From: Eledone cirrhosa
Taxonomy: Eukaryota
Assembly: GCA_964016885.1 (NCBI GenBank)
Contig: OZ024743.1
Span: forward strand, 221,836,001-221,900,000
DNA length: 64,000 nt
Reading direction: 5' to 3'
Below are positions 38,318-53,769 of the stretch, piece by piece (position 1 is the stretch's first letter; each line of letters starts with the position of its first letter). The notes under the pieces are model-generated. The model was not told where the DNA came from and searched no databases. It saw nothing but the letters and a program-made list of their open reading frames with translations. Position numbers and translations under genes: made by a program.

Positions 38318-38527
38318 TAGATAATCATTACTACATTTCCATGACATTACATTCCATGGTAAACAGAGAATACATCAGATAGATATGACTCAAGATAGAT
38401 TTGATTCATGAATATAAAAATAACAAGATCTCAGAGGAAGCCGTCACTAGGATTATATCCATCTGATAAACATAAATACTCTGTTTAACATGGAATTTAG
38501 ACGTGGAAAAGTGGTAATATTTATCTA
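38318..38527. mobile_element. Old imperfect-palindrome MITE
   Basis: TAGATAA..TTCCATGGTAAACAGAG..ATCAGATAGATAT pairs with ATATCCATCTGAT..CTCTGTTTAACATGGAA..TTATCTA. Confidence 0.6.
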
Positions 38528-38559
38528 GTGTTTTATAATTATGGATACAAACATAACTA

Positions 38560-38730
38560 CCGTATTTCCCGGCGCCGAAGACGCTTCGTCCTCAAGGACG
38601 CACCCTAATTTTGACAGCCAAAAATTTGAAAAAAAAATAATAAACAACCTTCGACCTGCAGGACGCATGGTAGATTTTTTTTAGACTTATTTCAGGAAAA
38701 AAGTAGCCTCTTCGACGCCGGGAAATACGG
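38560..38730. mobile_element. Tc1/mariner (Tc2-like) MITE
   Basis: TIRs CCGTATTTCCCGGCGCCGAAGA / TCTTCGACGCCGGGAAATACGG, with TA on both sides. Confidence 0.88.
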
Positions 38731-39097
38731 TAAGTAGTTAGGTTTGCTTCCTATTCAGGAAGTCGCGGGTTCGATACCATAATGTGTTATCTTGAACAAA
38801 TGTCTTTACCATAGCCTCAGATTGTTTTAAGTCTTGTGAAAGATATTAGCTAAACGGAAACTGTAAAAGCCCATTAAATAGAATGTATTTGGATATATCC
38901 CTCCTTGCTTCCATCTCATAAGTTTTGGAGACCCTGAAAAGAGTCACAGACATATGATTTCCCCCTTCAGAAATGTTTATTTAACAGGACAGGGGACGAG
39001 TCAAAGTGTTCTAACACAATAGTCGTCAAGTGTTACCCATCCTACGACGTGTAGTTGGGTGGGAATATACTTTGTCATTATGGGTATAGTATAAAAT

Positions 39098-39280
39098 AAT
39101 TGTTTCTACTTTTGGCACAAGGCCAGCAATTATCCAGTGCATTACTGGTGCATTATTTTATCGACCCCGTAAGGATGAAAGGCAAAGTTAACCTCGGCGG
39201 GATTTGAACTCAGAATGACAAGGGCTGTAACTCTTTGCTGCAAAGCATGGCGTCCGACCTTCTACGATACTACCAAATCA
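39098..39280 (-). mobile_element. Nin/Deu-type SINE
   Basis: Full match to the 25.5-kb copies. Older related copies lie at ~39600-39745 (-) and ~40200-40320 (+). Confidence 0.88.
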
Positions 39281-41219
39281 CTACACTTGCATTTAGGTAT
39301 GATAATTTAAAACATCGCTCAGATACAAACATAAGTATAGCATTAACGAAAACAGCGGTCTGAGATCGCAGTCTGTTATCTTACAGTGTTCTTTTAATCT
39401 TTGTATTGAAATATATTATTTATTTTAATGTAAATGGTCCTTTTCTCCTGACGTAGTCGTAGGAGCGTCAACCTGCCATACGGTGTGTCTTGCAGGGAGA
39501 AAGGTGCTGCCAGGTTTAAACATAGCGGCACCCTTCTCTCTGCAGGTCGGAACAGTGCCCGTGTCTTCTAGAGAAAGAAAGATAAAGGGATATTGGAGAG
39601 GAATCGACCCCAATACTGGGCTAATACTTTATCGACCTCGAAAGTATGACAAGCAAATTGACTGCGACAGGATTTGAACGCAGAGTGCAGTGATCCGGAA
39701 CAAAGGCATTTATAATCCGACATCCTAATACGCCAATGCACCGCCTTGTTATATATATATATACACACACATGTATGTATGTATATATATAAAATATATA
39801 TATATTTATATATATATATATATATACACAATATATAAATTATCTGTGTATTAGTATGTAAGTTTATACATATTACAGGCGGGCAGAATAACCAATGAAA
39901 AGAAAATCAATGCGGTAGTGTGATGCATATTTTTTTTCTTTCGGTATCAATCAGCCAATTCTGTATGGCTGTGTCTCCTAATGGCAAGCTGGGTACACAC
40001 GCATATGGTATTCTCATGCAAATTCATGACAACGATTTACCTTTGTGATTCACATGCTATGACCATTGTACACCGTTTGAATTGGCCTCAGCCGTTACAT
40101 TCATGTCTCATAAAGTTTTCATTTGATTGTGTATTCAAGTTTTTATGAAAGGAAGAAAAGTATGGCAAGAATGGTAAGGAGTCTGTAGTATGTCGGATGG
40201 AACGCTTTGTGGTATTCGTTCCGGTTCTCTGCGATCTGAGTTCAAAACCCATCGGGATCAACTTTGATTTTTATCCATTTGATGTCGATAAAAAGTACCG
40301 GTTCATTCATGGGTCGATTCTCTCTCTCTCTCTCGCTCTCTCTCTCAGGGAGATCCGTCTTGTTCAGACCTGGACATGGGGAGGGGGTAAATGTCAATGG
40401 TGACACTACAGCACCCATACGACTCCATCAGGAGTTACGGGTCTATACATACATACATACAAAACGTTGTGTTTATATAATTGAATAATTATTTGAATTT
40501 AATTCATATCTCTTCTATATCCAAATCTAGAAACTGACTGTTTCTGCGTTCTTGTCCATCATTAGTATAGACCAACAGTTCCCCACCTTTTCACTACCAA
40601 CGACATATTTCATATCAATGAATCCTTTTCCACGGAGCCCCTACAACTATTACTCTCCTCCTTGTTTATTATACAGTGGGAATGGCAATTAAGAGTGAAA
40701 TATTTACACATATACCTGATTCGACACCGCTGGTATAGACTCATTTCATTGCCTTATTTATAACACACATATATTCCTATTTTAAACGCTTTCCTTGATA
40801 AATATTTCGGTGCCAATTTATCGCACCATAATCTAGGAGAGTGATGTTATTAATTATATACATACATAGGCGCTTGAATAGCTGTGTGGTTGTGGGGTTC
40901 GCTGTGTGGATATGTGTATGTGTTTGTTTATGTATTGTAACCTAGCGGTTTGTCAAAGAGAAAAATAAGTGCTACGGTCGATATAATCGATTAAATCCCT
41001 TCAAGACGGTGCCCCAGTTTGACTGCAGACTAATGACTGAAACCAGCATGGATAAAAGGATGCATAAATAATGTGTGTGTGTGTGTGTGTGTGTGTGTTC
41101 AAATATTCATTATATGTGTCAATGTGTAAGTATGTATTCGAATCTGAAATTTAAAGTCTTATCTTCATAAATTAATATCTATAATATTACGCTAGCTTAT
41201 AGTTTTCAACTACTATGAA

Positions 41220-43321
<2,102 letters not shown>

Positions 43322-43521
43322 NNNNNNNNNNNNNNNNNNNNNNNNNNNNNNNNNNNNNNNNNNNNNNNNNNNNNNNNNNNNNNNNNNNNNNNNNNNNNNN
43401 NNNNNNNNNNNNNNNNNNNNNNNNNNNNNNNNNNNNNNNNNNNNNNNNNNNNNNNNNNNNNNNNNNNNNNNNNNNNNNNNNNNNNNNNNNNNNNNNNNNN
43501 NNNNNNNNNNNNNNNNNNNNN
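43322..43521. other. Assembly gap (200 N)
   Basis: Run of N. Confidence 0.99.
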
Positions 43522-43789
43522 AATCCGAAATATATAGGGACTATTAAATCTCTCCCAAGGTAACTCTCTCTCGTGTTGTTATTTTATTTTACCCTTTATA
43601 CTCTTCCCTTCATTCTTCTACACATCTCATACACACCACGCATCTCAACGTACACCCACTTACATCTCTCTCTCCACCACCGGATCTTGTTACCCGGAGA
43701 TTTACCCATTTGCATTGTCGAGGCTTCCAAACGACTTAAAGATATTTACTTATTATTCCACAATGCTTCAAGCAAACTTCAATACTCTC

Positions 43790-44348
<559 letters not shown>

Positions 44349-45099
44349 TAAATAAGTATATATTTTCTTCATGATTAGATTTACGGTATTTATTATCACC
44401 GGCCACCTTCTCGGTGGCAAGGTTATATAAAAATAAGAATAAAGTAATTTTAAAAAAACACAAAAAATATCTTATTCTTTTATTCTTTTCGTCATTCTTT
44501 GTGCAACCATTCCTCGTTTTTTATGTTGGCAACTTACTTCAACAACAGAGAATATTATTTTGAGGTCCAAAAGAATTTGTTTTAATTCGGTGGTAGTGCT
44601 GTTGTTGTTTTGTTTTTTTTGTTGCTTTTTATATATATATATTTCCCCAACATTCTTTTGATCGGTCGCTCTCAGCATGTTCGTCTTTATAGTTTGTTGT
44701 TAACATTTTTATAGCTTATTTTATTCTACATTGACCTGGCTTTCACATCACATCTAATAAAGTTATAGTATCTCAGAAACAATCTATCGTAGCAATGATA
44801 TGGTTAATGTCTTTACTGTTGGTCTTGCAGAGCTTACATTCGTTATCAGATCATGTTTTGTTATATGTGTTTCTCTGTGTGTGTATGTATGTGTGGTAAA
44901 ATATCTGCGGATGGGAAAATGGGAAAACAGTGCTCGATAAAGAATGAGAACTGATATATTACATTATTTATTTATGTTCATACACGGAATAAAAGTGTTA
45001 CGTAAGGTTTCAAGGCCTAATATTGACTAGGTCACAAATTTGATCCCTCTTACAATCTGGAGATACGGTCAATATGAGGGCTCGCTTTTGTTCTGTGTA

Positions 45100-45146
<47 letters not shown>

Positions 45147-45390
45147 GTAATCCAAGTTTTTCGAATATTAATAATAACACTCAATTCGTTTGCAATTATG
45201 CAAACAAGCCTCAATTTCATAGCCATGTCAGTAGAATGAACCCTTCATTCTTGCTCTTGTGTTGGCATGCGAACAGAACTGCAGACACTAATGTTTCTGG
45301 GTATCACCCTTCATCAGTACACCTCACTGTTCACTTGCCAAACTGTCAGAGCTAGTGAAAATATATGCAATTTTCAAAAATACACAGTGA

Positions 45391-45490
45391 CTGATCGGCC
45401 TGATTTGCATATTAGCAGACTGGCTGATCAGTCAGATCTGCATATTAGCAGATCCACTGATCAGCCAGATTTGCATATCAGCAGACTGGC
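45391..45490. repeat. 3 x 33-bp tandem repeat containing octamer motifs
   Basis: CTGATC at 45391, 45424 and 45457. ATTTGCAT in units 1 and 3, ATCTGCAT in unit 2. Confidence 0.85.
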
Positions 45491-45613
45491 CAGTCAGTTT
45501 CCTGTATACGAGCGATAAATGGCCGGCTTTGCCAAATTCAAATAAAAAAGAAAATTTCGCTCTTCATTCTTCTTTTCTTCCTTTCTTTCTTTTTTATTCT
45601 TTCTTTTTCTTTC

Positions 45614-45667
<54 letters not shown>

Positions 45668-45671
<4 letters not shown>

Positions 45672-45863
45672 AAAAGAGTCAGGACCCCGACGACTGAGCT
45701 CCGGCCGTTTCGACACCTAGATCCGAACTAAGTTCGGATTTAGCTGTCGAGGAACACATCCGTCGGGTCCTGACTTTTTTCCTATTACCCACTCTACTAC
45801 CCCAAGTATTGAGTACTCCGGTGCGTTATGGTCTACCTTGTATCTTACAATACCCTCTTTGTT
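45668..45863 (+). mobile_element. Small fold-back element plus tail, inside (TA)n
   Basis: Outer inverted repeat TAGGAAAAGAGTCAGGACCC(C)GACG / CGTCGGGTCCTGACTTTTTTCCTA and inner hairpin TCGACACCTAGATCCGAAC-TAA-GTTCGGATTTAGCTGTCGA. Minus strand GAAA-CGGCCG. Confidence 0.7.
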
Positions 45864-45881
45864 ATATATATATATATATAT

Positions 45882-46170
45882 ATAAAGTTAAATAAAAGTC
45901 AAATGATTAAAATTTAGCTTCGTTTATTACTGCTATATATATTTCAGTGACAGCCATCTATGGCTGTGACCTCTTCAGGCAGTTTAGGTCACAGCCATAG
46001 ATGGCTGTCACTGAAATATATATAGCAGTAATAAACGAAGCTAAATTTTAATCATTTGACTTTTATTTAACTTTATTTTACACTACTCCGGAGTAACCAA
46101 ACTAACCTGCGCACTTCGTCGAGTGCTCCAGCCTGCATACTGAGGTGTTGGTATACAACCAACATAAACT

Positions 46171-46175
<5 letters not shown>
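45882..46175 (+). mobile_element. Fold-back element: perfect ~90-bp arms plus ~100-bp tail, inside (TA)n
   Basis: 45882-45972 is the reverse complement of 45986-46076. The spacer carries the hammerhead CTGAAGA core on minus. Confidence 0.88.
45929..45983 (-). ncRNA. Complete minimal type I hammerhead ribozyme
   Basis: Minus strand: ACTGC-CTGAAGA-GGTCACAGCCA-TAGA-TGGCTGTCACT-GAAA-TATATA-TA-GCAGT. Confidence 0.88.
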
Positions 46176-46214
<39 letters not shown>

Positions 46215-46968
46215 GGAAGTACAGCATAATCGAAACACGAGCCGCAACTAAGCCAACGAATGCAATCAGAAAGTGCAGCCAAACACTTGATAAGGTATAA
46301 AACCTTAGAATAAACATTATGTTTAAAGGGCTTTGCAAATTGAAGATAGCGACCGTTAATTCAGGCGCGGGGTCCGTAGAAACGAAAGGACCAGCGAGAA
46401 AAAATACATACACATATATACATATATATATATATGTGACTATATATAATCTTTTGTGCAAAAGGTACTTAGTGCGAATTTTATGCTCCCAGATTATATG
46501 GCGGTAGCTTGGACTTCGATCGGTTTCGACGATGAGTGCTCCAGCTTTTTGATCATCGGATCAGCCAGCTCGTGAAATTAACGCGCAATCGTGGTCAGGC
46601 ATTCCACAGACATTTCTATCCTTACCGTAATTCTCTGGGAGATTCAGCGACAACATAATGTGCACAGTTGACCCTTTGAATTGTTGCATACTCCATCCAA
46701 CAGTCTTTCACAGTTTCCTATTACCCAATTCCATTCACAAGTCTCCCTCGATCACACTCTATCATCATTCTTATCAAATACACAGTGGACTATGAAGTCC
46801 TTCATATGCTATGCCTGAAAAATAAACGCTATCATCATGGGTTTTTTTAAGAATAAACATGGTCTTCACAATTTTAAAGGTGCGTTGAAATTCCGTGTGT
46901 GAGAGAGAGTACCTATTGTGTGCGCGTGCTTATATTATTATTTAATCTTTGTGTGTAGATATGTTTAA

Positions 46969-47576
46969 CTCTTTTGTAACCATATTTCTCATAAAACACA
47001 TGGTTTTCTAATAATTTTGAAGATATTCAAATATTTATAGAGATTTAGTAATATATATATTGTTCATCATTCAGTAAGTGTATAGAAAATAACCTATATG
47101 AAATTGTGTTTTAGATAGATGTATGCATTTTAAAACATGGTATTGTCTAATAAAACCAAGGACAGTTTCAGGAAGTAGGGTACCATAAAGCCAAGGGTAA
47201 TTTCAAATAGTTTGGTATTATAATACCAGGGATGGTTTCAGGCAGTTTGGTATTATAACACGAGGGATGGTTTCATGCAGTTTGGTATTATAAAACCAGG
47301 GAAGGTTTCAGATAGTTTAGTATTATAAAACCAGGGATGGTTTCAGATAGTTTGGTATTATAAAACCGGGGATGATTTCGAGCAGATTCATGTCATAAAA
47401 CCAGTAGCAGTTTCAGGCAGTTTGGTATCATAGAACCAGGGGTAGTTTCAGACAGTTTGATCTCATAAAACTAAGAGCAGTTTCAAGTATATTTGTATCA
47501 TAAAACCAGTGGTAGTTTCAGGCAGATTAGTATCGTAGAACCAAAAGTAAGTTCTGGCAATTCGGTATCAAAAGGA
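46969..47576. mobile_element. piggyBac-like non-autonomous element carrying a 35-bp minisatellite (~47138-47572, ~12 units)
   Basis: TTAA on both sides (46965-68 and 47577-80). Imperfect TIRs CTCTTTTGTAACC / GGTATCAAAAGGA. Unit TTTGGTATTATAAAACCAGGGATGGTTTCAGATAG at 47211, 47246, 47281, 47316 and 47351. Confidence 0.7.
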
Positions 47577-47965
47577 TTAAGTCTCTAATCTTGACTGTTT
47601 TAACCCAGTTGTCTATTTTCAGTATACTGCACCCATTAAGCAATAATGTGTTTCTGACGGTCAAAACACAATTGTATCACGAAAGAACTAAGTGGTTATG
47701 TTTATATCAACAGTGGATAAGTGCATCATGGGCTTGCGTCAACTTCCGTTAAATGGAGGAAATGACGATCAAAAGTATACAACCTGGTGTTTTCTTTTCG
47801 CAAGTAAAACCAGGGTGGTCTATGTTATGTATTTATCTCTATATAAAAGAGTTTCATAATAGCATTGCCACTGATGTGTGAGGAATGTATGTTTGTTAAT
47901 GTTGTGAGCGTGTTTGTGTTACTTGTGCTTTCACGTTTGTTTGCTTTGTGTAGATGTGTGGTGTG

Positions 47966-48008
<43 letters not shown>

Positions 48009-48054
48009 TTTAGTGTGTGTGTGAATTTATGTATGTGTCTAATATATGTATATT

Positions 48055-48095
<41 letters not shown>

Positions 48096-48220
48096 GCACC
48101 TATATATATATATATATACGCACCTATATATATATATATACACACACACACCTATATATATATATATATACACACACACCTATATATATATATGTGTGTA
48201 TATATATATATATAATATAT

Positions 48221-48405
48221 AATTGTTTCTACTTTTTGGCACAAGGCCAGCAATTACCCAGTACATTACTGGTACTTTATTTTATCGACCCCGTAAGGAT
48301 GAAAGGCAAAGTGAACCTCGGCGGGATTTGAACTCAGACCGTAAAGGGACGTAACTATGCTGGAAAGCATGGCGTCCGACTCTCTACCGATACTGCCAAT
48401 CCACC
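48221..48405 (-). mobile_element. Nin/Deu-type SINE
   Basis: Full match to the family consensus. Confidence 0.88.
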
Positions 48406-48486
48406 ATATATAATGTGTGTCTGTAATATATGTAAATGTATGAGTGTATATGTGTAATATATATATATGTGTGTGTATGTATTTTG

Positions 48487-48530
<44 letters not shown>

Positions 48531-48693
48531 CTTTAATTATATCTCATATAAAATAATACAACTGGCTTTCCACAAAATACATATAGTTAGCACCCCAAAC
48601 ACTTAAATTGGGTTTATACTAACGTATAACCTAATGTTTGTTGAGTGAGATGGTTACCAGTCGGAGTTTAGCTTAAAGCTATCTCTGTTATTG

Positions 48694-48757
<64 letters not shown>

Positions 48758-49006
48758 GTATGCATATATGTGTGTGCGTGCCTGTCTGTCTGTCTGCATT
48801 AGAGATGATGGTGTAGCTACATAATTATGTTATCTTTCTGTTTAAGACTTTCTCTATATCAGGCGCCATCGCAATGTTTTCCAGCAATATACCACTGCTT
48901 TGTAAATAGCGATTCGTTAAAAATATAACACAACTTCTATCCTGCGGAGAGAAGACTTTTTTTATCATATCTAACTCAATGGTGCTGGGGTTATAACGTG
49001 ATTCTT

Positions 49007-49060
<54 letters not shown>

Positions 49061-49283
49061 TTAGACCAAAAATCACGAGCACTCTATCTCAAAATTATTT
49101 TTGAAAAGCATAAGAAATGCGCAACCGGTAAAAACTTAAAACTAAAACTGAATACTAACAAATACTTATTACTAATTTATACTTATTCCTAATTAAACTA
49201 GTTTTCACTGGGAAAAATTTATCAGCATTTTCTTTTCCTTTTTACTAATATATCACAACGCGTGTGTCACATCTCTATTTTTT

Positions 49284-49345
<62 letters not shown>

Positions 49346-49347
49346 GT

Positions 49348-49955
49348 CATGGTGGCTGCCAACTCGTTTTCGAGTACGGCCACTACTTTATATCCATGTA
49401 GGAGAACCCCGACCGATACGCTGAATGAGTGTGACTTTTTAGTCCAGCCACCGACTTGAAAACTCTGGTAAAAACACTACATTGTGACAATTACTGACAC
49501 ATAGTGCTGGGCCCATGGTACCATGTGACGACAAGTGCAGAGAGATCTGCAGATATAAAGCAATGCCTGTGCCGTGAAGCTTTTATAGTGAGCAAAGGCA
49601 CTGCACAAAGCCAGTCCCACTCTCTTAACCAAGATGATATTTACCAAAAAGAAGAACAAGTCAACATCTGATATAACACCAGGGTTGCAGGTGCTATATC
49701 AGAGTTTTACTTCTCCTAGAATTCTGCCTTGACAAAGGCTAAGGGGTCATCTCTCCCGGTGATTTTGGATGGCCATTGACTCTTAGGAGCTTTTTTGCCC
49801 TTTGACAGGTTTTGTTTTTTGTCCTGTAGATTGTCCAAAGTCACCCTCCTCACCAAGAAACCTTGGTGGGGTTGCCACTTTAGTCGCCAACGACCCGACC
49901 ATGAGACAGGTTGTAGTGGGATACATGTTACCAGTAGCACCAACTGGTGACCTAC
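49348..49955 (-). mobile_element. ~610-bp RTE-5'UTR-like repeat (copy 2)
   Basis: Colinear with 28616-29226; (CATA)n flank. Confidence 0.8.
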
Positions 49956-50199
49956 ATACATACATACATACATACATACATACATACATACATACATACA
50001 TACATACATAAGTTACGGTTAACTTCGATTTGAATTAGTTTGATGTTATACTAATTTAAGTGGTAACTACACATTTGTACACTGTATCTCTACCCCTGAA
50101 GTTAGACTGTAAGGCATAGCTTACGGTGTGAGCGTGCGTACCGCGGAGTTCTCATGTGTTCGTATGTGTTTATTTTATATGAGAAAATTACAAATAATG

Positions 50200-50270
50200 G
50201 ACTCTAGCTTAATGGTTAAAGCGTCTAGCCGGTATCTGGGAGATATGGGGTTCAATTCCTCATATCAGCC
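50200..50270 (+). pseudogene. tRNA-like remnant (pseudo-tRNA or SINE head)
   Basis: TAGCTTAATGGTTAAAGC A box and GGTTCAATTCC B box; acceptor stem not intact. Confidence 0.5.
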
Positions 50271-50774
50271 GATGGTGACTTCTTTTTGCCGGGGGAATTC
50301 GCCCGATCCGATGATAGAAAATATTGAAAGAGAAGTGAAAAGGCAGTGGATTGAAATGAAAAATATAAAAGAAGCAGGGAAATATCGGAATATAAGTATC
50401 ACCGAAAATGGTTTTAAAATCTGACACAATAACACAATTAAAAGAGGTGGGTGGTGGAGAACTCTACATCCTCGACTGAAGAGCATATCTCAAATGAACC
50501 TCACGGACAAGATGGCGTTGATGCATAAGAATTATTTTTAAATTATCTTATTGGTCCATTGAATTAAAGGTACAGTCCACCCAACAGACTTCGAAACAGT
50601 TTCTGTCTACCCAATTTCACTCACAAGGCTTGGATCGACCAAGCTATGGTAAATGATGTCCCTTCGTGGGATCGAACCCGGAACCCAATGATTGTGAAGT
50701 GAGCTTCTTAGCTATTCGGATGGACATGATAAGAAGAAGAAGCTATTCGGTCATAATGCTTCCACATTATTTCA

Positions 50775-50942
50775 TAGTATCGGTAGAGGGTCGGACGCCA
50801 TGCTTTGTAGCATAGAGTTACGGCCCTTTATCGTCTGAGTTCAAATCCCGCCGAGGTTACCTTTGCCTTTCATCCTTATGAGGTCGATAAAATAAATGCA
50901 CTGGGATAATTGCTGGCCTTGTGCCAAAAGTAGAAACAATTA
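50775..50942 (+). mobile_element. Nin/Deu-type SINE
   Basis: GAGTTCAAATCC, GCCTTTCATCCTTATGAGGTCGATAAAAT, and 3' CCTTGTGCCAAAAGTAGAAACAATTATT. Confidence 0.88.
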
Positions 50943-51044
50943 TTCCATATATAGAATACTGAAATTAGATTTACTACTCATACCTATGCAGATTTCGCTG
51001 GCCTCCTGCGAGTTTGCATCTTATAAGTGTTTCTCTGATGTTTT

Positions 51045-51512
51045 AATGATAGTGGCCTCAGTTCTAACGTGAAAAGCAGCGTGAAAAGAAGCATCTTGTT
51101 CAAGAAAATAACGCGCCGCCCTGTCCAGGAATCGAACCCACGACCTTTTATGAACATGAGTCCAGCACTCTGTCCACTAGTTTTATATATATGGTCCTGT
51201 AACTCTTGAGGGAGTGCCGTATTGACATATGGCGATTCTATGGCATTTTTCAAACCTGGTAAAGCCCATTTCCTCTCCATGTCTGAATACAGCAGATTTC
51301 TTCCAGAGAAGGATAGAGAGCGAGAGAGGGGAAGTGAGGAAGAGATATAGAGAGGAATAATCGGCCCCAGTACTAGACTGGTACATTTTTTATCGACTTT
51401 AAATGGATGAAAGGCCAAGTTGCCCTCAGCAGGATTTGAACTGAGAGAGCAGAGAACCGAATACGACAAAACATTCTATCCAACCGTCTAATGACCCTGT
51501 CAATTCGCTGCC
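51045..51512 (-). mobile_element. Two older SINEs (CORE-like ~51045-51180; Nin/Deu-type ~51345-51512)
   Basis: GGAATCGAACCC and CTTGTTCAAGA; TTTTATCGAC..GGATGAAAGGC..GATTTGAACT. Confidence 0.7.
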
Positions 51513-52004
51513 CCAATCGTTTTAGCTAGACATAAAATAAAAGAAATCTAACATTATCTGTAATGTAGACACGGATTATAAATGGATAATTTCTAATGTT
51601 AAAAGTTGTTGAAATTAGGTTAATGGAATAAATACACGAAGCACTATACGAAGTTTACGAATGGCTAAAATGAGGACAATTAACTTGGGAGATTTCGGTT
51701 AATTAAAATCTATAAGTAGGTAAAATCGGATGGATTAGAAATAGTGAATGATTTACAAATATCTCGTTCTGAAAGTAGCATTATATCTAAAGGTTGTAAA
51801 GTTCACTTTGCAACCTTGAGGTTCAGATTTCGATCCTAATACGTGGCACCTTGGGCATGTTTGTGAATGAAACTGGGTAGACGGAAACCCGTTTGGATGG
51901 ACTGTAATTTAAAGGGTCAGCTTTGTCACACCCTGTGTTAGATTGAATCTTTCTGATAATTACATTAAGGTTACTCACGTCTGTGGAATATCGAGCTACT
52001 TATA

Positions 52005-52070
52005 TGGGTCGTCAAATATGAAATTTGTAGAAAATAGCAAATTTCTACAATTTTCATAATTGACGACCCA
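52005..52070. mobile_element. 66-bp hairpin mini-MITE nested in an old SINE
   Basis: TGGGTCGTCAAATATGAAATTTGTAGAAA / TTTCTACAATTTTCATAATTGACGACCCA. The flanks join to give the repeat seen uninterrupted at ~46560-46612 on minus. Confidence 0.7.
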
Positions 52071-53769
52071 ATAATTTCACGAGCAGGCTGTTCTGATCAT
52101 CGTCGGAACCGACGGGGATCCATTCCATTTTTAAATATTGCATTGATATAATTAAGATTGAAATACAATGTGGAGAATGCTTACTTACAAAGTGACTCCA
52201 AAACGGATGTGAAACTAATGGTATAACCATAATCAATAGATATTTTAGAAGATTCTCTTCGGGGAATATAACCATAACCATAACATAAACATAAATTTTC
52301 CAGGAAGTATCTTCTACTATAGCCTTGAGTACAACAATGTCCTATGAGTGAAATTTAGTACGTGGAAACTGCAGAAGCCTGCTGTCTGTGTGTGTTTGTG
52401 TTTACGATTCTGTATGTGCCTTGGTTTATGCTTCATAACTTAGCTATTCGGCAACATGAGATTGATAAATAAGTATCGGATTTAGAAATAAGTATTTGGA
52501 GTCAAAACGATAGACTAATCCCTTTAAAACAGGACCCAGCGTGGCCGCAATCTAACGACTGAAACCAGAATGAAAGTTCAATTACATATTGACGGCGAAG
52601 TCATTATACTGAACCGTAAATATGTACCATTAGGTGATGTAGCTTCCCGTTGTATATCGATTTTGCCTTTTGTTGTTAGTACCAGTTCGGTAAATTAACT
52701 ACCAGTAATACACAGGAATCGATTCGGTGACTCTAGTTCCTTCTCAAACACTATTGGTCTGCTGTCTAATGAGGAAATCAATATGTGTTAGTTAGTAAGA
52801 CTAAAAGAAAATATGAAGTTATCTTGCCTTTCTTAGAAGGATGATTAATACAAGAAAAAGGTAAATATAACAAAGAAAAGTAACGAGAGAAGAAAATGGT
52901 TTGAATGTGAAGCAAACTGATAAAATATGAGAAAACGAAAACCACCAGGCAATATTGACTCTACGTTTCCAATATTGTCAGAGAGATTAAAAGACTGTTC
53001 ATTAATAAGAATATATAAAAAACAGTAATACAATACTCAAATCGATACCTGTTAATGCTTTCTCCTGTTGTTTCAGAAGAATTCCGGAGAACGCAAAACA
53101 AAAAACACTGGTTTTTGGAAAATGTATAATGTAACGAATGAGGTGGAAAAAGGAAACGCTGCCGCCGGTGTACATATGTAACTATCCTTTACAAAATGTT
53201 TGCCCGAGAGGGGAAAAAAATGATGTGGATGGGGGAGGGAAATACGTGTAGCGAGGAAAAGGAATGACAACACTTTTATTTGCAGACAGATACGTTGTAA
53301 AATATTTCTAACCCTTGTATATAGAAACGGCAATATTTGTGGCAACATACTTGAATATTTGCAGACGTACACGAAGAAATGACACACCACTACTAATACA
53401 GCAACACGATCTCAATTTTACAAAAATATATATATTGCGTGGCTTAGTGGTTATGGCGTTGAACTCACGATCATACGGCTGTGGGTTCGTTCCCTGAACA
53501 GGATGTTACAAGGAGTTTCATTTTAAGTTATTTTTCATGGTAAGACCGGGAAACCTTTCATTAAAACACCAGAGGAACATCCAATGAGATATGACTTCTT
53601 AGGAAACCAACTAAATCTACTTAGGCGTGAGCTGTAAATTTCATTAATATTGATATGAGAGAGAGAGACGGGTGTCCAGCTGTTTCAATCAGGTCCAAAT
53701 TTAGTATTTATTTTATTCAGTCTGGAAGAATGAGACAAAGTCGTCATAGACTAGATTTCTAAACAGATA

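Noticed and set aside
46340-46392. TTGAAGA..GACC/GGTC..GAAACG hammerhead-like segment
   Set aside because: C3 and U16.1 are absent and there is no stem I
47138-47572. CRISPR-like array of palindromic 35-bp repeats
   Set aside because: The units are contiguous with no unique spacers, there are no cas genes, and the context is eukaryotic
50200-50270. Functional tRNA gene
   Set aside because: A and B boxes are present but the acceptor stem does not pair, so it is treated as a remnant
53058-53185. Possible host exon after a polypyrimidine-CAG acceptor
   Set aside because: No recognisable protein similarity or clear donor site; it needs RNA-seq
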